38,581 bases of DNA, taken from the sequence record SRR2962707_4449, one strand, 5' to 3'. Below, in pieces: positions 18,620 to 29,667 of the stretch. The notes below the pieces were generated by a model. That model had not been told where the DNA came from, did not search any database, and worked only from the letters and a program-made list of their open reading frames with translations. Numbering within the stretch: the first letter of the stretch is position 1; every line of letters starts with the position of its first letter. Position numbers and translations under genes: made by a program.

Positions 18620-19607
18620 TAATTATTGATGCTTAAAAAGTTCTTAAATGATTGAAGTGCTTTACCACTATTTAGCGATTCCCTGGCCTCCTCAACACCC
18701 TCCATTATGGAGGTTTGGTTCGTTGTGGCTATGGCCAAACCCGCATTAGCAAGAACCGCATGATTTTGACCTTCAGCCCCCTCACCTCCAAGGATTTTAT
18801 TGAAAATGTCTGCCGCTTCTTTAATGGTCTCTCCTCCGTGAAGTTCTTCTTGAACCAACAGGGCAAACCCTATATTATTCGGGGAGACAAGCTCCTCAGA
18901 TCGATTTGAAATCAACTTGAAGTCACTGGTTAGTGACACTTCATCATATCCATCCAAAGAATGAACAATTGAAAAATTCTTATCGGTGTTTTGGTATAGA
19001 TAGCCATAAAGACGAGCCAACTCCAGGCTAAAAACACCAACCATTTGATTGGGTGGAAACGCCGGATTTACCATTGGTCCCAGCATATTGAAGAACGTTT
19101 TCACTCCCAGTTCTTTACGAATTGGCGCCACGTTTTTCATGGCAGGATGGAACAATGGCGCATGCATAAAACAGATCCCGGAAGCATCAATTGAACGTTT
19201 CATCTTGTCGGCATCTCCTGAAAATTTTACACCCAGGTATTCCAGCACATTGGACGAACCGCTAACTGATGAAACCCCATAATTTCCATGTTTAGCGACA
19301 TGCACTCCGGCTCCAGCTACAACAAATGAGGATATCGTTGAGATATTAAAGGTGTTTTTACCATCACCACCTGTTCCACACACATCGATCGTATTATAAC
19401 CCTCCAGGTTTACTGGATTACACAGCTCCAGCATGGCGTCCCTAAAGCCTTCTAACTCCTGAACCCGAATGGCACGCATCAGGTAGACGGTCAGAAAAGA
19501 CGCAATTTGACTGTTGTTGTATTGGCCCTTTGCAAGCCCGGTTAATACCTCTTTGGCCTCCTCTCGTGAGAGTGTCTGGTTATTTATCAGTCTATCTAAA
19601 ATTTCCT

Positions 19608-19611
<4 letters not shown>
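18619..19611 (-). CDS. trpD: Anthranilate phosphoribosyltransferase
   Basis: DVCGTGGDGKNTFNIST, AKHGN, FFNMLGP, DGYDEVS. Confidence 0.95.
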
Positions 19612-20176
<565 letters not shown>

Positions 20177-20180
<4 letters not shown>

Positions 20181-21565
20181 AATCCTTCTGCTTCTTCTAT
20201 CGCGTGCTCCAGGGCACTCACTTTATTAAATACTTCCTGAAGTTCGTTTTCTGGTTTAGACTGTGCTACCACCCCTGCGCCGGCTTGAAACTTCAGAACA
20301 TTGTTTTTGCTTTGAAAGCTACGGATCATAATGGCGTGATTAAAGTTGCCTTCAAAGTCCATAAAACCTACCGCTCCACCATAAAATCCACGAGGTGTTC
20401 TCTCATTTTCCTCGATAATTTCCATCGCTCTGATTTTAGGTGCGCCGGAGAGCGTTCCTGCGGGAAAAGTTTCAGCCACAATATCCATGAAAGAAGAGCC
20501 TTTCTTTACCTGCCCTGTGACTTTAGAAACAAGGTGAATCACATGTGAGTAGTATTGCACCTCTTTATATGTTTCCACCTTCACATCATCACAACTTCTG
20601 CTTAGATCATTTCGGGCTAAGTCTACTAACATCACATGCTCTGAATCCTCTTTGGGATCTTCCATTAGTTTGGCCGCCAGCTCTGAATCTGCTTTATCAT
20701 TACCTGTGCGACGAAATGTTCCGGCTATCGGATGAATCTCTGCTTTCCCGTTTTTCAATACGATCTGAGCTTCTGGAGAGGATCCAAAAATTCTGAAACT
20801 ACCATAATCGAAATAGAATAAATACGGTGAAGGGTTCACAGATCTTAGTGCCCGGTATACTTGAAAATCATCGCCTTGAAACGGGATTTGAAAATTTCGT
20901 GATAACACTACCTGGAATACATCTCCGACATGGCAATGGTGTATTCCCTTCTTCACCATCTCAAGGTATTCTTTGTCTGTCTTATTGGACGTTTTTTCAC
21001 CAGTGGTTTTGAAAGGATAGCCCGGAATATTACGCTGCTGAATGAGCGAAGTGACCTCTTCAAATAACTGATCATCCGGTTCATCCACATATGCCTCTAT
21101 GATGTGGCATTCATTCTTGAAATGATCCAATGCTATGATGAACTTGAATAAATGATATTGGGCAAGTGGAATCGTTTTGTCCTTATTCTTGAGAGCTAAA
21201 TCTCCAAACTCTGCCTTAGCATCATAACTGAAATAGCCAAAGAGACCAGATTTAATGTACCCTTCAGATTCCCCTGACTGAAAAGATGATGTAAAACCTT
21301 CTATCTCTTCGGCCAGATTCCCCAACGAATATTTGTGCACATTCTCTCCCGGCAGCTTTCTCTCAACCTCTTTCCCATTGGTTCTAATGTAGGCGAGGGG
21401 TGCGCAGCAGATATACGAAAAACTATTCTCTGCTCCGTGGTAATCAGAACTCTCGAGGAGAAATGAATTAGCAAACCGATCCCTGAGTTTCAGATAGATG
21501 CTCACAGGCGTGATGGTATCAGCTAAAATCGTTCGTTCGCGTGTTTTAATACTTATTTTACTCAT
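20177..21565 (-). CDS. trpE: Anthranilate synthase component I
   Basis: LLES, NPSPY, GSSPE, EHVMLVDLARND, FPAGTLSGAPK; ATG 21565. Confidence 0.95.
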
Positions 21566-21571
21566 GGCTAG

Positions 21572-21606
21572 AAACAAAAAAACCCTGACGATAACTGTCA
21601 GGGTTT
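21572..21606 (-). terminator. trp attenuator terminator
   Basis: AAACCCTGAC-AGTTATC-GTCAGGGTTT followed by TTTTGTTT just upstream of trpE. Confidence 0.85.
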
Positions 21607-21634
21607 AGATATTTTTAAACACAGCAGCGGCTCG

Positions 21635-21688
21635 TCAACAATCAGAATTGTCGAAATGCCACCACCAATATTTGTTTGTCATAATCAT
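21635..21688 (-). CDS. trpL: trp operon leader peptide MIMTNKYWWWHFDNSDC
   Basis: Three consecutive TGG codons in a 17-codon ORF upstream of the terminator and trpE; absent from the ORF track. Confidence 0.9.
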   Translation of the reverse strand: MIMTNKYWWWHFDNSDC

Positions 21689-21810
21689 TTGAATCGCTAA
21701 ACTAATCGTAATTGTTTTTAAAAAACAAGCAGTCACTAAAAATTGTTATTTTTTTTATGACTGGTCGCAGAAGTTTATCGCGATTAAGGTTTTTAAACTA
21801 AATTTCCGTC

Positions 21811-22230
21811 ATGTTATCGCACGAAGAACAAATTAGCATTCTGGCTCACCTCTCTAAGGCAGACAATGTAGTGGCCGAAGAGGAATACCGTCTGATCCTA
21901 TTTATCGCTGATGGGCTTGGGGTTTCCGAAGAAAGAACATCTGAGTTAATCAACAATCCACTCCCAATTCCAAAGTTGAAAGATCTTCCTCCCGATGAAA
22001 AATTCAACTACCTTTTTAATATCATAAGAATGATGAAGGCAGATGGAAAAGTGCACTCGAATGAGATCAGGTTCTGTGAAAAAGTGGCTTTGAATTTGGG
22101 CTATAAGCCAGGTGTAATAGCAGATTTATCCGCTTACATTTACAAAGATCCAAGTATTAACTCCAACAAGAATTTCTTGCGGTCGATTGCAGACCAGCAT
22201 CTAATCCCGATGGATGAGGATAACGGGTAG
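21811..22230 (+). CDS. TerB-like (tellurite resistance family) protein
   Basis: Two AD..V...E motifs (KADNVVAEEE, KADGKVHSNE). Confidence 0.75.
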   Translation: MLSHEEQISILAHLSKADNVVAEEEYRLILFIADGLGVSEERTSELINNPLPIPKLKDLPPDEKFNYLFNIIRMMKADGKVHSNEIRFCEKVALNLGYKPGVIADLSAYIYKDPSINSNKNFLRSIADQHLIPMDEDNG

Positions 22231-24466
22231 TGTAATATTATCTGTTATCTGCTTACTTTCAGCCTGGGGCCAAAATCAGGCAATTGAAACCTCATATCAA
22301 ATAAAACAAACAGAAAATCCCATATTCCTTGACGGGGTTTTAGAAGAAAAAGCGTGGGTATCCGCTGATGTAGGGCGTAATTTCTATCAATGGTATCCAA
22401 CTGACTCAAAACCAGCCCAGGATTCCACTCTATTTCGCATTACTTACGATAGTAAAAATGTATACATAGGTATCGTTTGCTACGACAATCTTGAAGGCGA
22501 TTTTATCACAACTACTCTTCGCAGAGATTTCGGCTATGACCAAAATGACAATGTAGCAGTTTATATCGATCCGTATAACGATCGGACAAATGCCTTTTCT
22601 TTCCAAGTGACTCCCGATAATGTCCAGCGTGAAGGACTCGTACTATTGGACGGAAGAGTACAGGATGACTGGGACAATAAATGGTTCAGCGAAGTTTTTC
22701 ATGGCGATGGTTTTTGGTCTGTTGAAATGGCGATCCCCTTCAAATCTATTCGTTACAATAATGTATCCGAATGGAACATTCAGGTACTGAGAAACAACCA
22801 GAAAAGAAATGAGCGAACAAGTTGGATCAGGGTACCTCAAGGGTATAGCCCCAGCAATATGAATTTTAGCGGGACAATTGACTGGGACAACCCGCCGGAA
22901 CCAGCAGGACCAAATATCTCCCTAATACCATATATCGCAGGAAGGACAGGAAGAAATCATGAAGGGGGCGAGTCAAGGGAAACGTCCGGAGATGTTGGTT
23001 TCGATGCGAAAGTAGCCGTGTCGAGTTCACTTAACCTGGACCTGACTTTCAACCCCGATTTTTCACAGGTAGAGGTAGATCAGCAGGTAACAAATCTTCA
23101 ACGATTTGAAATTTTCTTTCCCGAGCGACGACAATTCTTTCTTGAAAACCAGGATTTGTTTGCAGAAGGGGGATTTCCAAACACCCGTCCCTTTTTCTCC
23201 CGTAGAATTGGCATTCAAGGTTCAGGAGAATCCAGAAGAAATGTACCTATTATATCTGGTGCCAGATTGAGTGGCAAAATTGGCAGCAAATGGCGAATAG
23301 GATTGCTGGATATGGTGACCAATGAAGATGAAACCAGCACTGACATTTCACCTGCTCAAAACTATTCGGTTGTTAAAGTTGAAAGACAGGTATTCGAACG
23401 CTCCCGCATTAGTGCAATTTTCGTAGGACGAACAAATCTGGGACAGGTAGCTTTAGATTCATTCCGGGTGGAGAATAATTCTGTTTTAAACCGACAGGGA
23501 CAAGTGATCAATCCGGATGATACCCTTTATACCCTCTCGGCATATAATTACGTCTATGGTCTGGATTATGACCTGGCCTCCAAAGACAATCGGTGGATTG
23601 GGGATTTTTATTATCACCAATCAGTAGATCCTGAGGAAGAGGACAATAAATATTCAACTGGGGCTTTCCTAAGATATCAAACTCCAAAATTTGGTTGGAG
23701 AACCAACTTCACACGAATTGGAGAAAATCACAACGCTGAAGTAGGTTTTGTGCCACGAACAGGAATCACCACGTACGGGGTTGGTACCAATTGGAACTGG
23801 TTTTCGGAAGGGAAAATTCAACGCCATGGCCCTGCATTGAACTTTGGTGGAGTAACGGACAATGATCTGAATCAGCTGGACAATGATGCATCCTTTGAGT
23901 ATGGGCTTTCTTTTTTAAATACTTCCTACATGGAAGTCAGTACCAATTGGAATCTGGTCACCCTCACCCGCTCATTTGACCCATCTGGTTCTGAAGGTCA
24001 GGAACTATCCGAAGACACAGATTACTCCTGGTACAGGTATCGATTTTTCTATCGATCAGATCGAAGAAAAAATTTCATTTATTCCCTGGATGTCAGCAAT
24101 GGTGGTTTTTACAATGGTAGGTTATTTAGCCTGGGGTCCGGTATTACCTATCGCCTGCCACCCGTCCTGCAGGTTCAAATGAATTTCAATTATAATCGGG
24201 TTGATCTGCCGAATCCGTACAATGACTCTGATTTGATCCTCATTGGCCCACGCATCGATCTCACATTAACGAACAAGGTATTCTTTACAACCTTCGTTCA
24301 ATACAATACACAAGATGAAAACCTTGGCCACAATTCACGTTTTCAGTGGCGATTTAAACCCGTATCCGATTTGTTTATTGTCTACACCGATAATTACCTA
24401 ACGGATGGGTTTGTCACGCGGAACAGGGCTCTGGTTATTAAACTCAACTACTGGCTGAACCTCTAA
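22214..24466 (+). CDS. DUF5916 / CBM9-like domain outer-membrane protein
   Basis: Signal peptide, LDGVLEE.AW, EMAIPFKSIRY, NPDFSQVEVD, FFPERRQFFLE, barrel-like end KLNYWLNL. Confidence 0.8.
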   Translation: MRITGSVILSVICLLSAWGQNQAIETSYQIKQTENPIFLDGVLEEKAWVSADVGRNFYQWYPTDSKPAQDSTLFRITYDSKNVYIGIVCYDNLEGDFITTTLRRDFGYDQNDNVAVYIDPYNDRTNAFSFQVTPDNVQREGLVLLDGRVQDDWDNKWFSEVFHGDGFWSVEMAIPFKSIRYNNVSEWNIQVLRNNQKRNERTSWIRVPQGYSPSNMNFSGTIDWDNPPEPAGPNISLIPYIAGRTGRNHEGGESRETSGDVGFDAKVAVSSSLNLDLTFNPDFSQVEVDQQVTNLQRFEIFFPERRQFFLENQDLFAEGGFPNTRPFFSRRIGIQGSGESRRNVPIISGARLSGKIGSKWRIGLLDMVTNEDETSTDISPAQNYSVVKVERQVFERSRISAIFVGRTNLGQVALDSFRVENNSVLNRQGQVINPDDTLYTLSAYNYVYGLDYDLASKDNRWIGDFYYHQSVDPEEEDNKYSTGAFLRYQTPKFGWRTNFTRIGENHNAEVGFVPRTGITTYGVGTNWNWFSEGKIQRHGPALNFGGVTDNDLNQLDNDASFEYGLSFLNTSYMEVSTNWNLVTLTRSFDPSGSEGQELSEDTDYSWYRYRFFYRSDRRKNFIYSLDVSNGGFYNGRLFSLGSGITYRLPPVLQVQMNFNYNRVDLPNPYNDSDLILIGPRIDLTLTNKVFFTTFVQYNTQDENLGHNSRFQWRFKPVSDLFIVYTDNYLTDGFVTRNRALVIKLNYWLNL

Positions 24467-25539
24467 GCAGCCTGAGCTAAGCCCTGCTCTTTGATTCGCT
24501 TTATTCTGGGATTCATGATGGCAAACCATAACGGTGGAATAGTTGCTAGTATCATCATGCCAGGGTATCCAGTCGGCATCTGTGGGCTCTCATCAATATG
24601 TCGTAGTATCTGGTATTTGCGGCTAGCTATATAATGATGGTCTGAATGACGAGAAAGCTCAAATAGGATAATCCTCCCGACCATGTGATCAGAATTCCAT
24701 GAATGATGGGGCATCACCCGCTCATATACCTCCCCTTTCTTGTCACGCTCCAGTCCATAGTGCTCAATGTAGTTTACCGTTTCAAGCAATAAAAAGCCCA
24801 TTACTGCAGCGAGTATAAAATAGCCCATCACCACCCAGCCAAAAACAAAACCAATGGTAAGTGTGAACGCTATTTGAATCAATTGAAAACGGAGCATTTC
24901 ATTTTGCATGGAGAAAGCGGACACTCCTTTTTTACTCAGTCGCTTAGCCTCCAGCTTCCATGCTGAGAGGTATGCAAATACGACCGAACGAACCCAGAAA
25001 CTATATAGCATCTCACCATATCTTGCCGAAGATGGATCTTCCTTTGTACTCACATTCTTATGATGGCCTCTGTTGTGTTCAATAAAGAAATGCATATACA
25101 GAGAGGTAAGTAATAGTGCTTTTGCCATCAACTGTTCGTGCCACTTTTTCCTGTGTCCCAACTCATGAGCTACATTAATGCCAATCACCCCGCATAACAA
25201 ACCCATCCCTGTAATCCTGCCAATTTTATCCATTAAGGTGAGTCCGGCTTCCTGCATAGAAAACAGGAACGTAATGAGTAATCCAAACTGGATGGGCACC
25301 ATGATATAAAGCTGCCAGTCATATATCGGATCATCTTTGCGCTGGGCCTCTTTTTCAGGTGTTAGATTTTGTGGATTGGGCTTGTAGGCTAGCTCCAACA
25401 ATGGTATAAAAACGAACGACTCTAACAGTGGTAGATAGGTCAGCCATCCATGCGAATTAAAACTAATCCAGGCTACAACAGGAAGCACAAGTACATTCAT
25501 GTACTTGAGTGAATTCAGCTTTTTTTTATTCCATTTCAT
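24463..25539 (-). CDS. alkB: Alkane 1-monooxygenase-family di-iron membrane enzyme
   Basis: His boxes HELGH, EHNRGHH, NYIEHYG, RHSDHH; start probably ATG 25539. Confidence 0.88.
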   Translation of the reverse strand: MKWNKKKLNSLKYMNVLVLPVVAWISFNSHGWLTYLPLLESFVFIPLLELAYKPNPQNLTPEKEAQRKDDPIYDWQLYIMVPIQFGLLITFLFSMQEAGLTLMDKIGRITGMGLLCGVIGINVAHELGHRKKWHEQLMAKALLLTSLYMHFFIEHNRGHHKNVSTKEDPSSARYGEMLYSFWVRSVVFAYLSAWKLEAKRLSKKGVSAFSMQNEMLRFQLIQIAFTLTIGFVFGWVVMGYFILAAVMGFLLLETVNYIEHYGLERDKKGEVYERVMPHHSWNSDHMVGRIILFELSRHSDHHYIASRKYQILRHIDESPQMPTGYPGMMILATIPPLWFAIMNPRIKRIKEQGLAQAA

Positions 25540-26221
25540 CGTTTGCATTCTTACCAAAGGAAATCATATAACCAATTGTGCATCCCAGCATCCAGTGATT
25601 GGATATATCTGGTGTCTCAGTCGTTAAATCTCCTGCATCAATAAAATTACTGAAACTGTAGCTAAAAAATCCCTCTAATTGCAACGTCCCAAAGGAAAAA
25701 TCCCTGAACATGCCCCCGGCAAGTCGGGCTCCATAACCTACCTCCCGATCCCTGGATTCATCATACGTATAAAAGTCTGATATGAGCGTGGTACCTGTTG
25801 GTTGTGGGTCCAGATCATCATCGATTAAAAACTCTAAATGAAGACCTGCAGACAAAAAATATTTATTCTTACCTCCGAAATATCCAATCCCTTCGAGAGG
25901 TATTTCCAGGTACGTCATCCTGGCAGTATAGGAAGGTAGGTTTTCTATGGGAAGAAAAACCTGTTTCCATCCCTTCTGCACATAATTAATCCCTAGTTGT
26001 ATTCCCGAATTTAGGAATGAATCGCCTTCTTTCGGCAAATACCTAACAAAAACACCACCATTCGCACCCGGCAGGAAAGTGGTGTTCATGTTAATATTGA
26101 AAATCGTATGCTCGATGAACGCCGATGATGCATGACCGCCTGCCTTCACTCCCACGTATGTCTTTTGCCCCACTACCACATGCATCAAACACATGGTGCA
26201 GATCAGCCACAATGTCCTCAT
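25526..26221 (-). CDS. Outer-membrane beta-barrel protein (PorT-like)
   Basis: Signal peptide, GVKAG, YVQKG, YLEIPL, alternating beta-strand pattern. Confidence 0.7.
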   Translation of the reverse strand: MRTLWLICTMCLMHVVVGQKTYVGVKAGGHASSAFIEHTIFNINMNTTFLPGANGGVFVRYLPKEGDSFLNSGIQLGINYVQKGWKQVFLPIENLPSYTARMTYLEIPLEGIGYFGGKNKYFLSAGLHLEFLIDDDLDPQPTGTTLISDFYTYDESRDREVGYGARLAGGMFRDFSFGTLQLEGFFSYSFSNFIDAGDLTTETPDISNHWMLGCTIGYMISFGKNANDEME

Positions 26222-26224
26222 TGA

Positions 26225-26353
26225 CTATTTCTTTTTGGATGATTTTTTAGCTGGCTGTTCAGCTGATTTTTTATTTGAAGGTCTAGGTCGGTTTACGCCG
26301 TAAGTCCCTTTCCAAATTTTTCCTCTTCTGCTTTTTTTGTCACCTTTTCCCAT
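26225..26353 (-). CDS. thx: 30S ribosomal protein bTHX
   Basis: [24 protein letters not shown] 26353. Confidence 0.9.
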   Translation of the reverse strand: MGKGDKKSRRGKIWKGTYGVNRPRPSNKKSAEQPAKKSSKKK

Positions 26354-26368
26354 AATTGTTTTTTCTTT

Positions 26369-26399
26369 CAAAAATAAAATAATCATAGATATGCTCAAG
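26369..26399 (-). promoter_or_regulatory. Housekeeping promoter of thx
   Basis: CTTG-N19-TATTTTTG. Confidence 0.6.
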
Positions 26400-26433
26400 G
26401 AAATCATTATCCTTGAGTCTAATTCTCGACAAC

Positions 26434-27675
26434 ATGGACCAACCTTTGATCACAAATGATGCCGTAATTTTTGGGATGTTGATGCTCATGCTTGGAGCAG
26501 TTTTTTATACTTCGTCTCTGGATCATCCCTTCTGGAAAAAATTCTATTCGTACATCCCTGCCCTGCTTGTCTGCTACTTTCTTCCTTCGTTGATGAAAGC
26601 TACTGGGCTTATTGATCCGTCGCAATCTAATCTTTATTTCGTCGCTTCCCGCTACCTCTTGCCGGCCAGTTTGGTATTGCTCACCATCAGTGTTGACCTG
26701 AAAGAAATAGCAAAACTTGGATCAAAGGCCGTGATCATGTTTTTAACCGGTACAGTCGGTATTATGATCGGTGGACCGCTCACGATCATCATTTTCTCTC
26801 AAATTGCGCCTGATCTGGTAGGAGGTGTCGCACCTAATGAAGTATGGCGAGGCATGACCACCATTGCCGGATCATGGATTGGCGGTGGAGCTAACCAGGC
26901 TACCATGAAGGAAGTCTTCCAGGTGAACGATGAGCTTTTCTCTACCATGGTGACCGTAGATATCATTGTCGGAAATGCGTGGTTAGGGATTCTAATCGCA
27001 GGTGTGGCAGTGACCAAGCTCATCGATAGAAAACTAAAAGCCGATTCTTCCGCCATTGAGGCACTGAAAGTGAAAATGGAAGACTACCAGGCCAGTGTAG
27101 CTAAGATTCCCAATCTGACCGACCTGATGAAGGTGCTTATGGTCGGATTTGCCTGTACCGGATTTGCTCATTTTTGCAGCGACCTGATCGTTCCATACCT
27201 GGAGCAATTTCCCGCACTGGAACAATACAGTCTCACCTCCGGGTTTTTCTGGATTGTGGTCATTGCAACCGCATTGGGTGTGGGGCTTTCATTTACAAAG
27301 GCACGCCAACTGGAAGGTGTAGGTGCCTCAAGAATTGGTCGGGCATTCATTTATATTCTTGTAGCTGCCATCGGGATGAACATGGACATACTCGCCATTT
27401 TCTCAAATCCGGGCTATTTCTTCCTGGGTATCACATGGATCTTATTCCACGTATTATTGCTTGCTATCATGGCCAAGCTGATCAAGGCACCTTATTTCTT
27501 TATTGCAGTAGGTAGCACAGCAAATGTAGGAGGAGCTGCTTCTGCACCGGTAATTGCCTCAGAATTTCATCCATCGCTAGCCCCTGTTGGTGTGTTGATG
27601 GCAGTGCTTGGGTATGTCCTTGGAACGTATGGAGCTTACTTGTGTGGACTGATGATGCAATGGGTGGCGGGATAA
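26434..27675 (+). CDS. DUF819-family multi-pass membrane protein
   Basis: [32 protein letters not shown]; many TM helices; ATG 26434 preferred. Confidence 0.8.
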   Translation: MDQPLITNDAVIFGMLMLMLGAVFYTSSLDHPFWKKFYSYIPALLVCYFLPSLMKATGLIDPSQSNLYFVASRYLLPASLVLLTISVDLKEIAKLGSKAVIMFLTGTVGIMIGGPLTIIIFSQIAPDLVGGVAPNEVWRGMTTIAGSWIGGGANQATMKEVFQVNDELFSTMVTVDIIVGNAWLGILIAGVAVTKLIDRKLKADSSAIEALKVKMEDYQASVAKIPNLTDLMKVLMVGFACTGFAHFCSDLIVPYLEQFPALEQYSLTSGFFWIVVIATALGVGLSFTKARQLEGVGASRIGRAFIYILVAAIGMNMDILAIFSNPGYFFLGITWILFHVLLLAIMAKLIKAPYFFIAVGSTANVGGAASAPVIASEFHPSLAPVGVLMAVLGYVLGTYGAYLCGLMMQWVAG

Positions 27676-27683
27676 AGTTCATA

Positions 27684-27715
27684 ACCCACCGCTAATCCCC
27701 TCCAAGGAGGGGACT
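27684..27715 (+). repeat. REP-like palindrome, copy A
   Basis: ACCCACCGCTAATCCCCTCCAAGGAGGGGACT. Confidence 0.85.
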
Positions 27716-27880
27716 TATTGCGGTGATAAAGAGTTGTTGCCTATCCTTCAGTCTCTTCGCTTAAAGCCAGATCAAATTTTATTAAGTAAATCTAACTCCC
27801 TACCCAGATTGAACAATTCTTAATAGAAACTTGCTTTCACTCCTTCCAAGATTGAGGAATTCTTTTGTTAAGGATGCTTT

Positions 27881-27911
27881 ACTCCCCTCCCTGGAGGGGC
27901 CGGGGGTGGGT
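27881..27911 (-). repeat. REP-like palindrome, copy B
   Basis: Minus strand ACCCACCCCCGGCCCCTCCAGGGAGGGGAGT. Confidence 0.85.
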
Positions 27912-27932
27912 CTCGATCCAAAGCGTAATGGA

Positions 27933-27954
27933 AGATCCCGGAATAAATCCGGGA
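27933..27954. repeat. Palindrome of a different type
   Basis: AGA-TCCCGGA-ATAAA-TCCGGGA. Confidence 0.6.
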
Positions 27955-27955
27955 A

Positions 27956-28057
27956 CTAAATCTCATTCCAAAGCAACACTTCACTTAAGGTCATATTCTT
28001 CCTCAGCTTTTTTGCCAGGGGAACTAACTTTGGGTTGTAAGGAATGATTTTACGCAT
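27956..28057 (-). pseudogene. Truncated DUF559 endonuclease (N-terminal 33 codons)
   Basis: MRKIIPYNPKLVPLAKKLRKNMTLSEVLLWNEI* aligns with [16 protein letters not shown] of the TrpF-fused copy; absent from the ORF track. Confidence 0.8.
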
Positions 28058-28070
28058 CTTTAACAATTTA

Positions 28071-28102
28071 ATCCACCCCTAAATCCCCTCCAAGGAGGGG
28101 CT
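28071..28102 (+). repeat. REP-like palindrome, copy C
   Basis: ATCCACCCCTAAATCCCCTCCAAGGAGGGGCT. Confidence 0.85.
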
Positions 28103-28111
28103 ACAGAAAAA

Positions 28112-28744
28112 ATGAGCAAACAGCATCACTTAGACATATCCATAAAAACCTCCTACTACACCCTGAATACACTTACGGATAAAACCGAACGCATATGGTT
28201 GGTATTTCATGGGTATGGTCAGCTAGCTGAGTACTTTATCAAAAAATTTGAAGGCTTAGACCCGGAAAAAAATTTCATTATTGCTCCTCAGGGATTATCT
28301 AAATACTACCTCGAGGGTGTATATGGAAGAGTAGGCGCATCCTGGATGACGAAAGAAGATCGGCTGACGGAAATTGATAATCAATATGTGTACATCGATG
28401 CGGTGCTTGAGCAATTTGACCTTTCAGGCAAAAAGCTGGTTTATTTCGGCTTCTCTCAAGGCACAGCCACCATGGGAAGATATGCTGCTCACGCTAAAAT
28501 CCCATTCAGCAAAATGATTATCTGGGCGGGCACGTTCCCTCCTGATACGGACCCTAAGGACTGGGCATATTTAACAGGCAAAGAAGGTATCCATTACTAC
28601 ACCAGTAAGGAAGATGTGTATTTCAAGGATGAAATGATCCCCAAACAAAATGAGGTAGTAAAAACCGCTCTCGGTAGAGAACCCGAACTACACTGGTATG
28701 ATGGAGGGCATAGAGTGATAGCAGAAATTGTGGCAATTTTATAA
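28112..28744 (+). CDS. Alpha/beta hydrolase (phospholipase/carboxylesterase family)
   Basis: FHGYG, GFSQG nucleophile elbow, C-terminal GGH. Confidence 0.85.
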   Translation: MSKQHHLDISIKTSYYTLNTLTDKTERIWLVFHGYGQLAEYFIKKFEGLDPEKNFIIAPQGLSKYYLEGVYGRVGASWMTKEDRLTEIDNQYVYIDAVLEQFDLSGKKLVYFGFSQGTATMGRYAAHAKIPFSKMIIWAGTFPPDTDPKDWAYLTGKEGIHYYTSKEDVYFKDEMIPKQNEVVKTALGREPELHWYDGGHRVIAEIVAIL

Positions 28745-28764
28745 CATCCCTCTCCCTCTTTTTG

Positions 28765-29313
28765 CTAGTTATCCGCGATCACAATTCCTCCGCCGATGAA
28801 CCATTGTGGACTGAAGGTAAAAGTTACATCAGAATTTCCTCCGGCAGGCTGAGTTAAAAAACCAAAATTTAGTTTTGGATGGATATTTCCATCCAGCCAA
28901 TAAATGCCATTAATATTTAGATTCAACGCAAAACCATTATAAGAATCCAAATCTTCAGAAGGAATACTCACACGGTAGCCTACCTGAGCTAGTGACTGAA
29001 TCTCAATATTATCTTCAACCTCAAATGCAGCTCCAATCACCCCTCCAAGTCCAATCATTTGTAAATCAAAATCATATCGATATACATAATTTGAGGGTAT
29101 GTAATTAACAAACCACCCATACCTTATAATCGACTCTCCATATACACCTTCGGCTTTGATCATAAAACCACCTTCCAATGCAGAATAAGCATTGGGTGGG
29201 TCAAAGTAAGCAACCTCCTCTATCTCAAAAACTGAATTAACAGAAAAATGGTATTGCTGGGCTCCAGCAGATACAAAAAAAGTGAGTAGTATAATTGTTA
29301 AATAGATTTTCAT
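28765..29313 (-). CDS. Hypothetical small outer-membrane beta-barrel protein
   Basis: Signal peptide; Gly/aromatic-rich amphipathic strands. Confidence 0.6.
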   Translation of the reverse strand: MKIYLTIILLTFFVSAGAQQYHFSVNSVFEIEEVAYFDPPNAYSALEGGFMIKAEGVYGESIIRYGWFVNYIPSNYVYRYDFDLQMIGLGGVIGAAFEVEDNIEIQSLAQVGYRVSIPSEDLDSYNGFALNLNINGIYWLDGNIHPKLNFGFLTQPAGGNSDVTFTFSPQWFIGGGIVIADN

Positions 29314-29667
29314 ATCCAGATATTTCGTTCTGTCTTAATGAAATCTGTAAAACAATTTACTGAAAAATGTACTTTATTAAAAATATCTGTTGAACCAAAA
29401 TCGAATTCACTAATTCCAAGTTGCCCATTGATGATGGTAATGGGTCGTATCCTAATAGAATTCCCATTTTTAAGCAGTCAAGCAAATTTCCTGATCGAAA
29501 TATCCCGCTGATAGGCGGTGAACACCTCCCCTGGGTTATCCAGTGTTATATTTTTGGGTCCACCATTTACAGATAATCAGTAGTAAAAACGCTCAGCATC
29601 AAGTAGACAATTAACCTCTCATCAAAAGAATGCTAAATAGATTAATCACTTTTTCTAATTTTCATTC

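Noticed and set aside
21581-21606. Attenuator stem CCCTGAC..GTCAGGG resembles hairpins at 37118 and 37262
   Set aside because: The match is short and the attenuator function already explains the sequence; probably coincidence.
27865-28047. 60-aa plus-strand ORF
   Set aside because: Made of repeat copy B and the antisense of the DUF559 remnant.
27684-28102. Possible CRISPR array
   Set aside because: Repeats are in mixed orientation with 160-bp spacing and there are no cas genes.
29310-29576. 89-codon minus-strand frame with one internal TGA, ending in an ATGA overlap with the OMP gene
   Set aside because: No start codon or recognisable family; it could be a decayed gene but is compatible with chance, and there is no SECIS evidence for read-through.
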